Below, in pieces: positions 1 through 15,600 of a stretch of 64,000 bases of DNA. This DNA comes from Balanoglossus misakiensis (lineage: Eukaryota > Animalia > Hemichordata). A program made the translations under genes and the position numbers. Where the stretch lies: contig CM082582.2 of NCBI GenBank assembly GCA_040954595.2, positions 7,876,063 through 7,940,062 of the forward strand, read 5' to 3'. Under the pieces are notes generated by a model. The model saw only the letters and a program-made list of their open reading frames with translations. It made no database searches and had not been told where the DNA came from. How positions within the stretch are numbered: position 1 is the stretch's first letter; every line of letters begins with the position of its first letter.

Positions 1-170
1 CATTTCAACAACATGTACAAAACCTCAGTATAACAACTACCACTGCTACTACAACACTCAATAACCGTAAGGCAAAACATGGATGACATAATGGCAAGAT
101 ATTGGTTTACAATGTACTTCCGTAAAACAACCCCAGCCTAGCCTTGCCCATGCAATGATCTGGACCTCAC

Positions 171-258
171 CTGCGAAGCCTTGCAACGGTTCACTTGACA
201 ACCCGATGACACTCGCAAAGGAGTCAAGACTAGTGGTAAAATCTCGCTGGTTTGCCAT
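171..258 (-). CDS. TMEM170: TMEM170 family, first coding exon (gene continues off the left edge)
   Basis: ATG at 258 (AAAATGG) encodes MANQRDFTTSLDSFASVIGLSSEPLQGFA and ends at a phase-1 donor CAG|GTGAGG. This resembles the segment preceding the EMWY motif of TMEM170 proteins (recalled). Adjacency to CFDP1 and a Cas gene matches vertebrate synteny. Confidence 0.7.
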
Positions 259-457
259 TTTTCGCGAATGCCTTGAAGATCATAGAGATATGAAACAAAT
301 TTCAACCACGATCACAGATGAGCACCAATGTTTACGTCGGCCATGTTGAATTCATTTGTTCGCGCACTCTTCACTCCAGTAAATCACCTTCACACGCGAA
401 GATTCGTTCGCGCACGTTTCAAACAAAATACTGCGTTTCTCGTGAAGTAGATATAAA
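259..457. promoter_or_regulatory. Compact CpG-rich bidirectional promoter TMEM170/CFDP1
   Basis: Only 199 bp separate the divergent start codons. Several CGCG motifs are present, including palindromic TTCGCGAA at 261-268. Confidence 0.7.
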
Positions 458-3400
458 ATGTCCGACTCTGAGGAAGATTATAGTTCCGAAGAAGACGAGG
501 ATTACGTCCCTTCCGGTATTGTTTGTCTTGTTATTGTGGTAAACAATATTTTGACGTGGTGAAGCAACACATGTTGACGTAAGAGTTGGTGGCGCACTTC
601 AATCGGTCATGTTGCATTGTCCACATCCAGAAATTTAACTTCAGTAAATACAAATCACAATGTCAGATCAATGTTTCAGCATCAAACCAGAAGTTTCCCC
701 AGTAAGTGCAGATTTTGAAGGCTCGCCTCCACATTCTCTGTTCTGGTTTCACTTCATACAGAGGAAGATATCAGTGAAGAAGATGATGATCCAGGAGTGG
801 TAGATGAAGAAGTGGGAGGTGTTCAAATAGGAAACAAGAAAAATAAACAGAGAAAGAATGAACAACCAAGGTGTGTTACAATATTAATCAACAATCAGGA
901 GGAGTTATACTAGCCTTTATAAAGCTTTCAGAAATGACATTGATGTATCGTAACATTTCTTCATCCTTCTAGAAAGAGGAAAGGTGGAATAAAATTAGAT
1001 GAAGATGATGAGCAGGCTATCAAGGAGGAAGAAGAGGAGGAGAAGAAACGACAGGCTGAGTTGGCCAAGGAAATCCAGAAAGATGAAGAAAAGACGAAAG
1101 AAGAAAGAGAAAAGAAAAAAGCTGATGATTTATGGGCCAGTTTTCTTAAGGATGTTACGCCACCTGCCAAACCAAAACAGTCTGCAAGTGTTGGCATGGC
1201 AACGGGACAGAAAACACCTACCAGTTGTAGCAGCCAGCAGGAAAAGACAAGTTTAGTACAGAGCAAGGAGAAGAAAAGTGATGAAGCTAAAGATGCCAAA
1301 AGCAAAGTCACTGTGACGAAAGTGTTTGATTTTGCTGGCGAAGAAGTCAAGTAAGTATTATTTTCAAAGCATAGTGGTACATTGTATCTGCTAATGCTGA
1401 ACTGCCAATTCATGCAAAGATAGCACTGAACAAGGTTGGGCATAAGTAGTGTTTTCTTGAGGAAATATAAACTAAACACCTTTGTATGTATGCAGCAGAA
1501 ATTAACTGTATTTGAAGTAATTGTCCATCAGGATATCTGATGTGTACAGTATCATCACATTTCACTCTATCACCCCCAGTTCCCTCTATAGAGGTCCAGA
1601 TTTACCAAGGTAAACAATGGATTTGGAGCAAACCATGGTGGTGAAAGGGTTAATTAATCAAACAAACCATGAAAATATTTCACGTTCAAGTCAAACCATT
1701 TTAACGCATTCACCCCTCCTATCCCCATTATGTGTTCACCTGCGCCACCAAAAACTACAGGGGTGGAACCAAGTTGTGTTGTTGTTAGTCCCACCGACTT
1801 TCTTTGGCAGGGTGACAGAAGAGGTGGATGTGGATTCAAAAGAAGCCAAGGCTTTCTTAAAGGAGACCGAGAAGCCCACAGAGAAATCCACCGAGAAACC
1901 GACAACGGCTGGAGAAAGCAGTGGAAAATCACAGCCAAATGTTTTGTCAAGAATAGGAATCGGAGGCTCTACATCTTCGCCAGGGTAATTTATCCTATCT
2001 GTCAAAGATACCCTTTTTGATCGCAAAAGTCAGCAAAGGCAAAAGTGACATGTGAAGTGCGCCACCATGAGTTCATTTGAGACATCATTTGATTGCAAAC
2101 AAGGGAAGGAAGTCACGTTTTGGTGTTTCGATACAGCTGTATTGGATATCGCTACATAAACTATAATATCCTCATTGTAAACTTATATATCAGGTCAGGG
2201 TTTAAAGAATATTGCCAAAGATGATCTGTCAGTACCTACTGTTTTCAGCATTCCACAAATAAATTTCATTCCAGGATGTGTGTTTTGGTGGGTGTGATGC
2301 CCAACCAGAAAATATCATGTTCTCTTCTAAAACAAACAAACAGCTAATGTTTAAGTTCATGCTCTTGTGAAATACACCAATACTTTTCTGAAGAAAAAAA
2401 AATGTTCATCTCCTCTACAGATTAAAACGACCAGGTGGAGGGCTGAGTGGCATCCTGGGTAAAATTGGCAAGAAGCCTAAAATGAGTACTCTGGTAAGTT
2501 TGCGCAGTCTTTTTCAAAGCGCCATTCAGCTGTCTCTGCTGGGTTGTTTTTTTTTTTGAAGAAAAAAACAAGGGTGTATATTGTTTGAGACGTTGCGAAA
2601 ACAAACAGGGCATGAGATTATGGGAGTGATTAAGTGGGACAAGGAATCAGTTTTCAACAGGTTCAAAGGTCAGGTCAAACTATTTTGCCACTGTAGAGAG
2701 GTGTCCTAAAGCTACCTTTGTCAAGGAAAACATCTTCAGTTTTCAGGAGAATAGTAGTGTTCTGTGGCAACCTGTAAGTTTATATAAACCATGGTGATAG
2801 ATTTTTCTGTCACTAATATGTGTAATTAATTAGTGGCTTAATTTTTAAAAAGTGCAGTACCTATACTTAAGTCCCTGTCCTATAAAAAAAAATATTACAA
2901 AACTGGTATTTGTCATCCAGTAGTGGATATTTGTGAAATTGAACATTATCCAGAAATTGATGGATAATCTCTGTATGTCTTGTCATAATTTGAAGTATGT
3001 GGAATTTTTTTTGTTTCCAAATAAATCGTACATTGTAGGAGAAGTCCCGTCTTGACTGGAAGTCTTTCAAAGAAGAGGAAGGCATTGAGGATGAGTTGAC
3101 TCAACACAACAGAGGAAAAGAAGGGTGGGTTGAGTTTTTGTGCTTACACAAAAATGAAATGCAAAATTAGGCAACAGAGCAGAAAGACCAAAGTTGGGTA
3201 TAATCAAGAAAAATCTACATAAACATATTTTATACCTCTTTTATATGCATTGGATAGGTAATCTGTGATGCAGGCCTTCAGTGTTATCTTTTTTTAATAT
3301 CAGATTGTTCTTGTTTATCAGAATAGTTTTAATCTTCTTCAGGTAATAGGCTTATGATCATGTGCTGTCATACCAGCCAAAGCAAAGGGTGTGGCAAGGA

Positions 3401-3538
3401 TCCTATACATGTACTAGATCCTGTCTTTTGATCTGTTTTCCATGCAGGTACCTGGAAAAGCAAGCCTTCCTGGAACGAACAGACCTGAGACAATTTGAAG
3501 CGGAGAAGAAAATGCGATTGGAAAACACCAACAGATGA
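458..3538 (+). CDS. CFDP1: Craniofacial development protein 1 (BCNT/Swc5 family), 7 exons
   Basis: Exons 458-515, 762-870, 973-1350, 1811-1984, 2421-2493, 3039-3124, 3448-3538, all GT-AG and in frame. Acidic N-terminus [31 protein letters not shown], and BCNT-C domain [51 protein letters not shown]. Confidence 0.96.
1561..1653. mobile_element. 93-bp piggyBac-like MITE, copy 1 (left end degenerate)
   Basis: Aligns along its length with 63902-63994 and ends GGTGAAAGGGTTAA. Confidence 0.75.
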
Positions 3539-6500
3539 CACAGCACAGATCGTGATGTCGTAGCGATGCGGTGATGCGAAGCGAAGCTGTGGGGAGTCTT
3601 TTGAAAAGCACTCAGTGATTTTTAAACTGATAATACTAGGTTGTGTTGACTCTGTCTAGTACACAATTACTCATCATGTAATGACAAACGGTAACTCAGT
3701 TTCGGGTGGGATGATTTACTGGGCCAGGGTTTGACAAATTACATCGGCATTATCATTGTGAATGCAATGGAACAAACGTACTCTGTAATTTGCATCGAAA
3801 ATAGGCGAATCACTCACGTTATGTGTGTTTGCTTTTTTCAGGTATACAGAGAAACTGGCTTTTGCAATAAATCAGCTCTGTTGCAATTTAGCTGTTAATT
3901 AAACTAACTGTCAGAGCTTGCAGGGTTTGGCGAAAAACAGCATATTTGTAATAATGTGTGATACATTAACTCCTGCGCGTCCAGCCAGTTCAGATATGCG
4001 CATAGAATTGGCTGGATGAATGGAAGAGACTAGATTGTATGAGAGATACAGTGCCACTGAAAAACCATTGTGAACTGTGATGTTAGTATTTGAGTACTTT
4101 TTGAAAGAGCCCACAGATGCAATCTTTCAGTTCACAATGATCTTGCTGTCAGACTGGAAGCTTCACTGAGTTTACGTTATATTGCCATTTCATTCAGTAT
4201 TTAGTGAGATACTCTTGTTCAGTTTGGAACAGATGGGACGTTTTTTTCCTTTCATCATACCACTGCTATCATGGCTATCAGACTCAGAGACAGCGTGAAC
4301 TATCGCAGAGACAGCACTGCAGTTATTTCCTACACAGCGTCACCAATTTCAACAAAATCTGTCACCAATTACTGAACAATCTCACTATTATAACTGTAGC
4401 TCGAAATCAATTTCACAAAGCTCCTGTATGAGAGAGCATGGACAAGTATAGTTTTCAGATGAATGCTCAGGTCAAAACAGTTCATCAAATGTGCTCAACG
4501 TGACAGTAAATTTATTTGTCAATTTGTCATGGATCATTTCATCCCCTTAATTGCACAGCAGTTCATAAAATGTACTTTTCCGCTATCAAACTATGGTGGG
4601 ATTGATTCCCAGTTCACATGCATCATGTAGCTACTTAATATTTCTATTATGTACCGGTAGATTTTTTTTATTTCAAAAAATTTGTTTCTTCACATCATGT
4701 TCATCAAGTCTTAACTCACCACCCCTCTTTCAGTTAGGATTTTGGTAAAGTCCTGATGGTTGTCTATGGTAGGACTATCCAATCAGGTTCATATCATTGG
4801 GGGTGAGCTTGGCTACATTTGATGTTGATTCGGTATTGTACTATTTCTTATGTCAGGAAGTGAACAAATAAATGGAATTAAACCAACTAAATAGTTGCCT
4901 CTTTCTCTCATTTGTTTATTTTCAGCGATTAAGAAATTCACATTTTCATAAAACTTTATCACAAGAGAGTGAAAAAGATCTGCGAGAACCCAGCCTTGAG
5001 TTGTATGGTGGCAGCTCTTTTTATTATAAAGAATGCTGGGTGAATTGAAAATTGAATTCAGACAGGGTAAGAGGTAAAGGTTAGGTCACACTTTATTGGC
5101 CTGTACATAAAGCATTTAACTATTAAAAGCAGCTTAAAGATTTGTATGGCTTGTTAGCAGGAGGGTGTGGATGCTTCCAGTGGTAGTAAACTGGACGAAA
5201 CAGGGACCACTAATATAAAGTTAAGAGAGGTGTTTGTTTTATCTGCTATAATTTTTAGGGGTCTCTGGCCTGGAGTGCATCAACTCTGAGACATACAAGA
5301 CGCTAAACCAGTTGGGTTGTGTAGTGTAGGGCTTATGATCATCAAGTATCTAGACATTAATAATTAAAATATTTCAAAAAATATTGAACAGGTGGTAATT
5401 ATGAAATATTAATATTCATGCTACTAGCAATTTTCAACTCCAATTGTATTTACATATTAAAGATGACAATTAATAAACTGCTTCCCAAACCCCCTTGGGA
5501 CCCTTTTGAAAGGGACATGTCTATAGTGTCACACAACTTTTACAAATTACATACATGTACTCAACAACTCAAAAACAAAACATTTATACACATTCTTCTA
5601 TATGTTTTGAGGATCGCATAATTTAATTTCATTGAGCCAGATGCCAGTTATGGAGATGTTTACGTCCACCACTTATTGTCTTTTACCATATTTGGACTGA
5701 AAGGCGGGGGCTGTGTCGGTAGTGCTAACATCCTGCTATGAATGAATGCGAATTTCATCCTTCAAGTACTTGCAATGACGTCATTCTCTAACGTTGCTTA
5801 CACTGCAGGTAAGACCCTTTATCTGATTGGTGGTGCTGTTGACCCAGAAATATAATGATGTTGGGAGCGAAACGAAAACTGCTTGCTTTCATGTGGGTCT
5901 TTCAATCCATCTTTGTTTGCTTGCGTAATCAGCTTGAGAGCGCATCCCAGATATATGTTTGTGATTATTCGTGACTTCTTGTTTTATTTGCGCCAGCTCC
6001 AACAAGGTGACAGCGTTAGCCAATGACAGAGAGTGTCGCAAATTCCAATAATGTACATCCGGGGACCGTGCTGGGTATGCAGACAGGAATGAAGGCGTGA
6101 ATAATAATCAACCGGGCTTGTGTTGGGTTTCGCGTCTTCCTGGATCCCTGCGTTAATCAGTAACTGTGAATGTAAAACAGCCTTACTATTTTAGACCAGT
6201 ATTTGAAATTTGATAGTTTTCCCGCTGTCTAAAGCCGATATTTCAGTCAGCGCAGAGCGTCGGATTTTGACAGCCGCAGTGAAAGCCGGTCGCGTTGCAT
6301 ATTATGTCCATTTCACTGACGATGTTTTCCTATGTATAACCGGTGACATTAGCTTCGCTTTCAAACCAGATCGCCGGTATCTCTATGAGAGACACGAGTG
6401 GTGGGACTTACTTGACGTCTTTTTCTGCCGATTTTACAATGTGCGGCTTTGTGTAAGCGAACTCTGCGACACCACACAAAGACGTCCATTCATTTTCACA

Positions 6501-6600
6501 ACACAAGCGTCTGACTCCGTTCCTGCCCGATTCTTCGGGCAGTACAGTACAGTACAGTTGCCACTAGGATAAAGGCGATCGATTTGTTGGGAATAACAAA

Positions 6601-9600
6601 ATGGCCTTCCCGTCAACTCACGTAAGTACTCTGCGAGATAATATCATATACATATTTATTCCCGAAACCCTTATTTCGCCTGGTATGTTGAATGTAAACA
6701 AATCTCCATCTTGACGTTTGATCGCCGTCTTTGGTCTGTCTGTCCGGAGTTCATCAGTTCATTGCTCCAACCCACTGACCACCAGGAGATGGGCAGTTCG
6801 ATTTCTCCAATTTTTACAACCGTACGGAGCAATGACGGACCTCTCCGAGATGGTTATCGTGTTGGGAATATAGCAATGATGCAATCTGTGTTGCTGGCAG
6901 TACGCTGTCCATCAAAATGGCATTTTAGTTGGAACTGGGAACCACCACATTTCACAGATGCATTTGCAATTCAGATTGCTCTTTGAAGTATGGTGGGCAG
7001 ACACACACTAATGGGGACATTGGATGCATTCGGGTTTCTTTACACATATCACATGTCTTGCACAAACACATTTGACAGCTCTTTTCAGTATCAAACGAAA
7101 GATGCACACCCCTATTGAACACTGTACAGTTTGACATGGTATGACATGATTAGGGATGACACTGGACAAATACAAAATAACTGGGTGTCAATTAAAACCA
7201 ACACATGCTTGACACCACAACACACAACCATATTGATACCAGTAGATTCTCAATTCACTTTCTTGACAAGGAAAACCAAAACATGACACTTTAACAACAT
7301 AATTTACCTGTGAGTCTGTTTTAAGTGCACTGTATTTATCAGTTCATAAGCAGGACAGTGAGTTAATTAACCCAGTCCAGTGTTAATATGATGTACTTGA
7401 TAATACTTATTTTAATCACTCTTGATGAACTCGAACCACACTTGTATAAATACAATGTACTTGGAACAATTATGTAATTTTCATTAGCACAGAATGCATC
7501 TCTACATCACAGACTGCCTCAATGATAAGCTGCCCTTGCGGAATCTTGATAGCTGCTTGCATTTGGAAAGAAGTTCACTGTGTTGTGTATATGTATCATT
7601 CTAAAAATACACCAATCAGGGCAGATGGCAAATATTTCATCTGCACAGAAGTTTAACATGTGTGTGATGGCATATGTGTCGCCTGGCGGCCACGTCTCGC
7701 CTCAAACAGCCCACCGGCCGTCCTCTAGTTACACATCAAAACAGCAGGCTGTGAATAGCCTGCGTTGGACAGATTGAGTTTATATCTCTCCAAATTTGAT
7801 TTTACTACGTGTACTCTCCTCTGTAATTTATTGTCAGACGTACACCTGTTTCATTCATTCACATCATACACGCACACATGGGCGAATTCTAAAATCCTGT
7901 CTTCGGATGATGTTGTTGTTGTTGTTGTTTTGTTGAACCAATCAGAAACAGCTGGCGTGCAGGTATCAGCAGGTGATCCTGATAGCCAAAGTTCACCTGT
8001 GCAGAAAACAGTCCCCCCCCCCCCCAGCTCCTCATCAATCGTGGGTAAACTTTGTTTTAAATGCCTCGCTGATGCCCTCAACACGGAGACGCATTTTGTC
8101 ACGGCAGGTCGAACTGCCCGCTCCAGTGACAAGAGCGGCATTCCTGCTAATAAAACAAAACTTTGAAATGCAATCAAGAGCCCGCTGGAATGTGTAAAAT
8201 GGGACGCGACTATACAGTTACAGCAAGCCCCAGCCGGCCAAGTGACACAATAACCCCCCAACTCCCCTGTCAACAACCGCTGAATATGCAAGTGGGACAT
8301 TCTGTGCCATGTTGTCAAATAAAAGTCCTTTCACTTTTCCCCCCTCCCATGAGATTGCGGAATTACTCTTCATGCAATTAATTCAAGAGTCACAATCTAC
8401 AGTAATTTCTTTTGTCTGTGAAGAATTTTGGACAGCTGTAGACACAAAGAAGTGTTTTGACAGCAGGGGCGAATCTTAAGAAGTAGAGACAATATCAATG
8501 GACATTCATTAGGACCTGGGTGAAAAATCCAATTTATTGAAAGCTTGAATGCCACTTAAAATACCTCTGCATTCAGACGAAATGTCACAGCCCGGCACAT
8601 TGTGACATTTTGTTTATTACAATATTTTTTTTTCATATAAAATATTTGATTCAAGTCAATGCATGAAACATATTTTATATCCTGTTTTGACTAGTTTATG
8701 TTGAATACCATTCAAGCCATAAGCATAACAATTTTTTTTACTTAACATGGACTGGCAAAATTTGAATACTGACATAGAAAATGAAATGGCTCTTATCCGA
8801 ACAGTGCACTATATTGACAGCATAATAGATGCCCTCAGAGCAAACTCTGCAGAATTATGATGTATTGCTAATGCTAGTCTTAGTACCACTCCACTAGCAG
8901 TTTGACAGATGTCAGTCTCTCCAGGGGAAATGAAGCATAATTTTCCCTCTCTTATGCAAATTTTTAAGTAGATAGAATTCCAGAAAAGCAATTGAAATTT
9001 AATTAAATGATAATCGTTGAAATAGTGTGTCAACATGGCTGCCGTTTGTCCAATTTGCCCTATTCACCTTAAAAAATGTTGTTTTTTGTGTTTGCTAGTG
9101 ACAAGAGTGACTAGCCAAATTAAAATTTGGAAATAATAGAGTAAAATAGATATGCCATCTCAGAAGGTGAATTCCATCGGGACAAGTATTGTACATTGTA
9201 TTGTTGAATTTTTAGATACTATATACCAGTGTACATATGCCTCAAGCTGTATATGATTACCTGATAAATATGTGAGCAGTTTTGTTGAAAATAAAAATTG
9301 GCTGCATTCAAAATGTTGGTTGAGTTGGTTGGTGGAAAGTACAGACATGAAGGAATTAACATCAACATGCAATGTAAGCCAATATAAATGCCAATATGCA
9401 AAAAAAATTCCCAAATACCATAACCATTTTTGTATTTCATTCATTGATATTATCATTTATGAACACATGCAGGGCTGGCAAAATTTCAAAACATTTTGTT
9501 TTGGAGAGGAAACACTGGCTCATGTTTTGTACTCATTCGATCTTTACAAATTTGATTGATGCTTAGCTAAACTAAACAAGAAATACACATACACCACGTT

Positions 9601-12600
9601 ATTAAATATTATGAATATTGAGTAATCGGTGAGTAACACCAACTGTAACATCCTATTATTAAAACCAGTGAAGGCTTGTCTGGTGTACTGGTGTTGCCTA
9701 GTTCTGACCCTGCCCTCTCGGAAGTAATCAAATACATTTGAACACCATAATTAGGAGGGAGTTTTCCAAATAGGGCTTAGAGACAGGAAGTTGACTTCAC
9801 TGAAAGTGGGTTGGTCGCTTCCTACTCTAATGAAGTTTAGGTTTGAGTTGACTTGAACTTCCGAGCCGACCTCTCTAAAGCTCAGTTTGTACTGGATCCA
9901 GTGAAAAGTGGGTGGTATATAGCTGTAGGTACTTATTTTAGAGAGAGATAGAGTCTATCAGACTAATTCATTAAGCAGATACCAACGCAGTAAGAGGTCC
10001 TTGATGAAGAAGGTGAGTGTCTTGTCTCGCATCGTACAATACACTTTAATCCAAGCATGTTGTCTATCACTTTGTATCCAGCCATCGTATATCCATGATG
10101 TGTGACTGTCATTATTCATTTTCAAGACAGTCAGACAGGACATTTTATCTGTTGCTTATTTATCATTGATCATTTCTGTATTTATTTAAATAGAGTGTGG
10201 GGTTTACAAATGTTGGCCAACTAGGTTGTTGTCAGCTAGTCAGTTTTTGATTCCAGGCAAAATTTTGCCTTCAGGCGTTCAAAATCTAATAAGGGTGCTT
10301 GAAAAGGCAAACACTTTTGTCAGAATTCCTGTTATTTTACAGTGGAGATAAAAGATAATGTTTACATTAGGCTGACACATATTTGAGGAAGCCGTTTTCT
10401 TTGCTCGTCATTGGAGCATGTAAGCCTGGCTTGGTGGTGTGTTTTTTTCGTTCTGAACTCACTCGACTGAATGAACTTTTGAGTACACAGAGAGTATTTT
10501 CAAAGGTATGCTGAGAATACTATGGAATGTTGACTGTGTGTTTTTGCGTGTGTTTGTCACTGTCATTATATAGTACCACCACCACCGACCACGACCACAA
10601 TTTGAAGGCCGGAAATCTGAAAGTGACTCACAAGTGACTTTGCGCCAATCTCCAGCCCATGCCTTCAGCTTGTTGGCTACAGCTTACTCATGTCTGTGCT
10701 AATATAAGCTTAGGACTTGAATGGCTTCACAATGGCAGGGGGATTAGCTAAGTGTGCTCACCATTTATTATGTACATGGTGCCGTTCAAATTAGGTACTT
10801 TGGCGTGCTTGGAGACGCTGGATGCTAGGAAACGCTCGGCTGGGCTGGGATACACCCTGCATCTTTTCACAATGCATTGCAGATATATACACATAGTGCA
10901 CGGCATTTGCCTGTGGTATTACATCGTCTGACGATGACCACGACTTCAACCCTGGTCAACTCTGTGGGTAAATACTCATTTCCATTGCAAGCACGCCAAG
11001 CAAAATTCCCAGCAGGCAAAAGAAACAGCCACTCCGCATCCCAGCAGGATCCTTCAAACAATAGCCACCATAGTATCTTGCCCTCGCCAATCACCTTGAA
11101 TAATCAAACTGTAAAAAAAAGACAGCCAGGCCTGGCTCTGCTGATGAAATCATTCCTCGGGGGACGTACTCCAATATCGTCTGAAAAAATGGACCCCTTT
11201 ATTCATCTCAAGTAGCACTTTCCAATTCAATCTACTGACCATATCCTATTTTAAGCAGTGGCTAATTGCTTCAGATAATAGTTTGTTTTACCTTGAGGTC
11301 TGATAAACCTGGAGTGTGTTTATAATTTTGCCCTCTTTTAAGTTTTATCAGACCGGCAGTCATGAATGTTAACACGTTGTTTACATCAATATTGAACAGT
11401 GGTGGTAATTACTGACTGCAGAGTGGGTGTACAGGTTGGATGGTTCCAGACACTGAATCTACTCATGCTAAATGAGATTACAATCAGCGGGTAATTTAAT
11501 AAAATTTAATGTACCGGTTCGTGCAGGGGAGGGCTGACTCGACCATTGTTTAAATGTAATGATAAAGGATGGCTCCAGTTCCTGTTTGTTGAGAGGTCTT
11601 ACATCACACAGTCCGTCCCTCCAGGTGCTTGTGTGTGTGCGTGCAACTGTGTAGCGAGGTAGGCTCTGTGTTTTGCTGTCAGAGAGAAGGGAATTCAGAG
11701 AAGCAATGGCAGTCTTTGCAGTAAGTCTCTTATGTTAGATACATGAATTTATGTAAAGTCTACTGTTCAGGCATTTTGTACTCCTGAGTCCAGAATTACA
11801 GTAATTTGTAAGTAGCATCCAGATATATTGTAGTTTACAGAAAACGTCTTCTTGGTTTCACAAAGTTAAAAGAAGGTAAAATGTGGGCTTATAATGTGTA
11901 CGATTAGAATTTTAAAAATCTGTAGTGGGTCTGGTGTACCGTGACGTTTGGCTGTATTTTACCAGTTTGGTGTGCAAATTTCACACTGGTTTTGCTCGAT
12001 TTCCCCTTTAAAATGTACTTGTATGAAACACACGTGTTTGAGAGATTACTGCACAAATGGAAACAAATTGCTCATAACAAGGCAATGTTAGGTGAAAGGA
12101 CTGAGGCATCCATCATTTTGGGCGATTTACTTTATAACGGGGTAACATAACAATCTCCGATATATGGAGATTACAGTGGCTCCCATTCAAGGTGGTGTGT
12201 CGGAACAATTATTAGAGGAAGGGGACATCAAACTTCAGGAAAACATGCCAGGATTAACCCAAATGGACACATTTATGGAAAGGGGGGGGGGGGTTGCAGC
12301 ATATTCAAAACCAGACAGTATTTGTACCATGCTGTTGAGTAAGACTTCATTGATTGTCAAAGTGGTTTATGGTAATTGCTCGGGAATGAGCTTGGGTAGT
12401 CTGTCTCTAACTGAATGGCCCGGTCTCTCAAGGGGCCCCCCTCTCTCAATGAAAGAATAATAGAGTAAAGGATTCCTGGGTATGGGGGCCCAGCATGGTC
12501 CTGTGGTGTGTGTGAAGTTTTGCTTTTTTGCTTCTTTGACCCTGATAAGTCAATCCGTTCCGTTTACCCTCCTCCTGGAGATGTGGCGTTACGTATTGTT

Positions 12601-15600
12601 GTGTGTGGCTCTCAATATTCAAAGGGTTACCAACTGTGTTGTCTGAGACAATGCAGTCTGCTGGGCTTGCTTTGCATCTCAAGGCCTGAATTGGGCGAGG
12701 GGGAGACAATGTGACAGAAAAGGCACCAGTTGCGCAAGTCTATTGGTTTTTCAGAACGTGAATGAAAATAGCAGGGGACGGCTAGAGGCTTTGAGCCGTA
12801 AACAAAAGTCTAACCTGTAGGAATCTGTTTGTCACTGAGATGAGACGCGGAGCAGTCACTGTCTAATCGTTGACTGAAAAAATGTTTTGCCCAAAGCAGA
12901 CACTTGTCCTGAAGTGCTTAGCGTTAGGGATAAAAGTGATGTCTGCATGCGAAGGGGGGGGGGGGGGGCAGAGGAGGCTCTTAGAGTGCTTGTTCCACAA
13001 ACATATGCATCCCCCCTCCCCATTGAACCTACATGAATTAAACAGCAAGTGAGAATTGGACAGATGTTATAAACAGGCTCTTTATCCCTCTTTTTGTATG
13101 GTCACAGTAACACTAGGGTGCCTATAATGATTGCATATATACATTGGGGTCATTTCTTTCCCCTGTAGACAGATGGGCTTAGAGTAGGCACCAGAATTAA
13201 TTAATTCTTCACTGTGCATGGACTGAACTATTCCTCCAGACAGGTTTCTCAAAGAACGTCTTCTCTGAAGATAAATCATCTCCACTGCATTGTTACACGT
13301 AACGTTTTATTAGGTGCTGATGGCATTAATTTCACTCGAAAACTGCCACGCTGTAAATACTGTCCGAACTGTCGACAGCTATGTGTGCAATGGGAGGTGT
13401 GTATTATGGCTGCAAAAGATGTGTGCTTGTGAAAACAAAACCTGTTTACAGGAACAATTGAGTGTGAGAATTTATTTCTTGCTGATTTCACCTATGCCTA
13501 GTGAGTACACTGCCAGCTTGTTGATGTGTTGTGGCCCACTTCATGCTGCTGCATACCAAGCATTGAATCACCAGGGAGAGATGATTCTGGAAACAAACAG
13601 CCAAGCGCTGCATCTGCGACGGGATTGCACTTTTGCGGAAGGGTCAAATAATGCATCTGTTTCTCCGCAGTAATGTTTCGAGTTACGGAATCTGCCAACG
13701 TTTCCTGTCAAGTCATAGAAACCGTACGAGACGAAGCATTTGTTCTGAAGATGGAGTCGTCTTGTTGCCATGGTGTGGTACGGGTGGGGGTGGGGGGTCG
13801 CAGTTGTGGGAGAATGCTACGTGCATGCTGGTGGATGACATTTCACGACACGCCGTCAGTAAATTAGCGGTGGCTGTCGTGTGGGGAGTGTCTGCGTGCG
13901 GGAGACACTCATCCATCAACATTTCCAGAATGTCATCACCACTGCATTCCTACTGAAGTGGATTTGTGACGAGTATTCAAGGATTCACAAAAAAAACATC
14001 ACGCTCTCGCAACGGAAATTCTACCGTCTTGGTTGCGTTTCCAGAAGGGAGTCAGTTTTACTGCCCAGGGAAAGAAAGGCTGTGTTTCTGAGTGTTCAGG
14101 CTGTCTAGTGTGCCCAGAGCTCAGATAATTGACCTATTTTCCATAGTTGTCTAGTTCCAGCGTTTTATCAGGCGGGAAGGGATCGTGTTACTCTGTCTGT
14201 GTGACTACTGCTAGTAGTAACGGGTGTGTGTGTGAGAGTCATCCATCAAAGTGAATTTAAACGATCGGCCTTCCTTCAAGCCTGTCCAGCCTCTCTAACC
14301 TTGTTGGTCCACTCAGTCACTCAGACACCTGGGTCTTCTTTTGAACAGTTTACAGAACATCATCCCCTTCGGGTACGGCAGTGAAATGTCTGAGCTCTGC
14401 ACATGGCCACTGTACCCCTCACCCCCACTGAAAGTTGTAATGGTTGCCCTTGGCAATGTCGTCATCATGTCGTAAATATCACCACCATGTTGTATTTTTG
14501 TAGCAATTTGCTCCTCCTGTTATGGTCAGATGTTCTACTCTGTTGTGTTGATTCGGAAAATTAACATTAAGATGTTAATTGGACCCCCAACATACACACC
14601 TGTAGTGGTCCCTGAAAACATTATTCATTCTTATTCAAATTCTGAACCTTACAAGGTTACTAGTGGTATTATTGAAAGGGACTTCATTGTCATTCTCAAT
14701 TTAAAATGTCCTTTTCTGCTAGAGTATCAATTTAAGAACCCATTCAAGGAGTTGATGCATGAGGGGGTATCATAATCTCGGGGATAAAAGAAACTTTTAG
14801 TGCGAAATTTATTTCAATGTCGGAGAAACTCCTGAAGGAGACACCAGCCAGTTTTGTGTATTTCGAGTACAAGGTCAAGTGTTTGCTCGCAACAAAAGGA
14901 GTGTTTTTGGGGTAAGGATGCTGTCGGGTGCGATCTCAATGTAAGGATTGCAGGGGGGGGGGATCTCAGTAACCTTCAGACTTTGTAAAGGTGTTGTATT
15001 GTTGTAAAACCTTGGTGGTCCGCATTGATTGCCGTTCCACTGCTCGGTAGGTTAGACTCTCAAAAAGTGTGAAACTGAGATGATTTTTTTTTTTTTGGGG
15101 GGGGGGGGGGTCATACTTCGTTTGTTGCGTGCAGTGAGGGCAGATGGAGTGTGAGCCTAGCCCTTAAGTCTCAACCTGAAACCCTTTGCAACTGCTTAAA
15201 ACCAACCCAACGCTGTAGTCACTAAAACAGTTGGTGGCATTGCGGGATTAAATGGACAGTTGGAGTTGTCGCCACGCATCGTCGCGTCGGGCGAACCAGA
15301 AAAGAAAGGCGGGAGAACAATGTCGTGGAGTCTTGTTTTCTGTTGAAATTGTGGCAATCCTCTCTAAGCATCTATTGTATCGAAATATAAAATAGGTAAT
15401 CATTCTAATGCAGCTGTTTTAGAGAAGCTGTTCACAGTGTGTATACGGTGCCGTGTTGACAGACGAGCTTTTACTATCAACCCCTCTCGTCTGCACGCAC
15501 TGTCCAAGCAAGAGTGGTCGGTTAATGATTCAGTAATCGTAGACTTTGGCACGTAGACATTGACACGGCCATGATTTTGCGATAGGGTTTCTCCGACCAG

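Noticed and set aside
7765-8381. Overlapping 130-155 aa ORFs in the Cas intron
   Set aside because: Contain homopolymer- and microsatellite-derived runs, no motifs, no convincing splice context.
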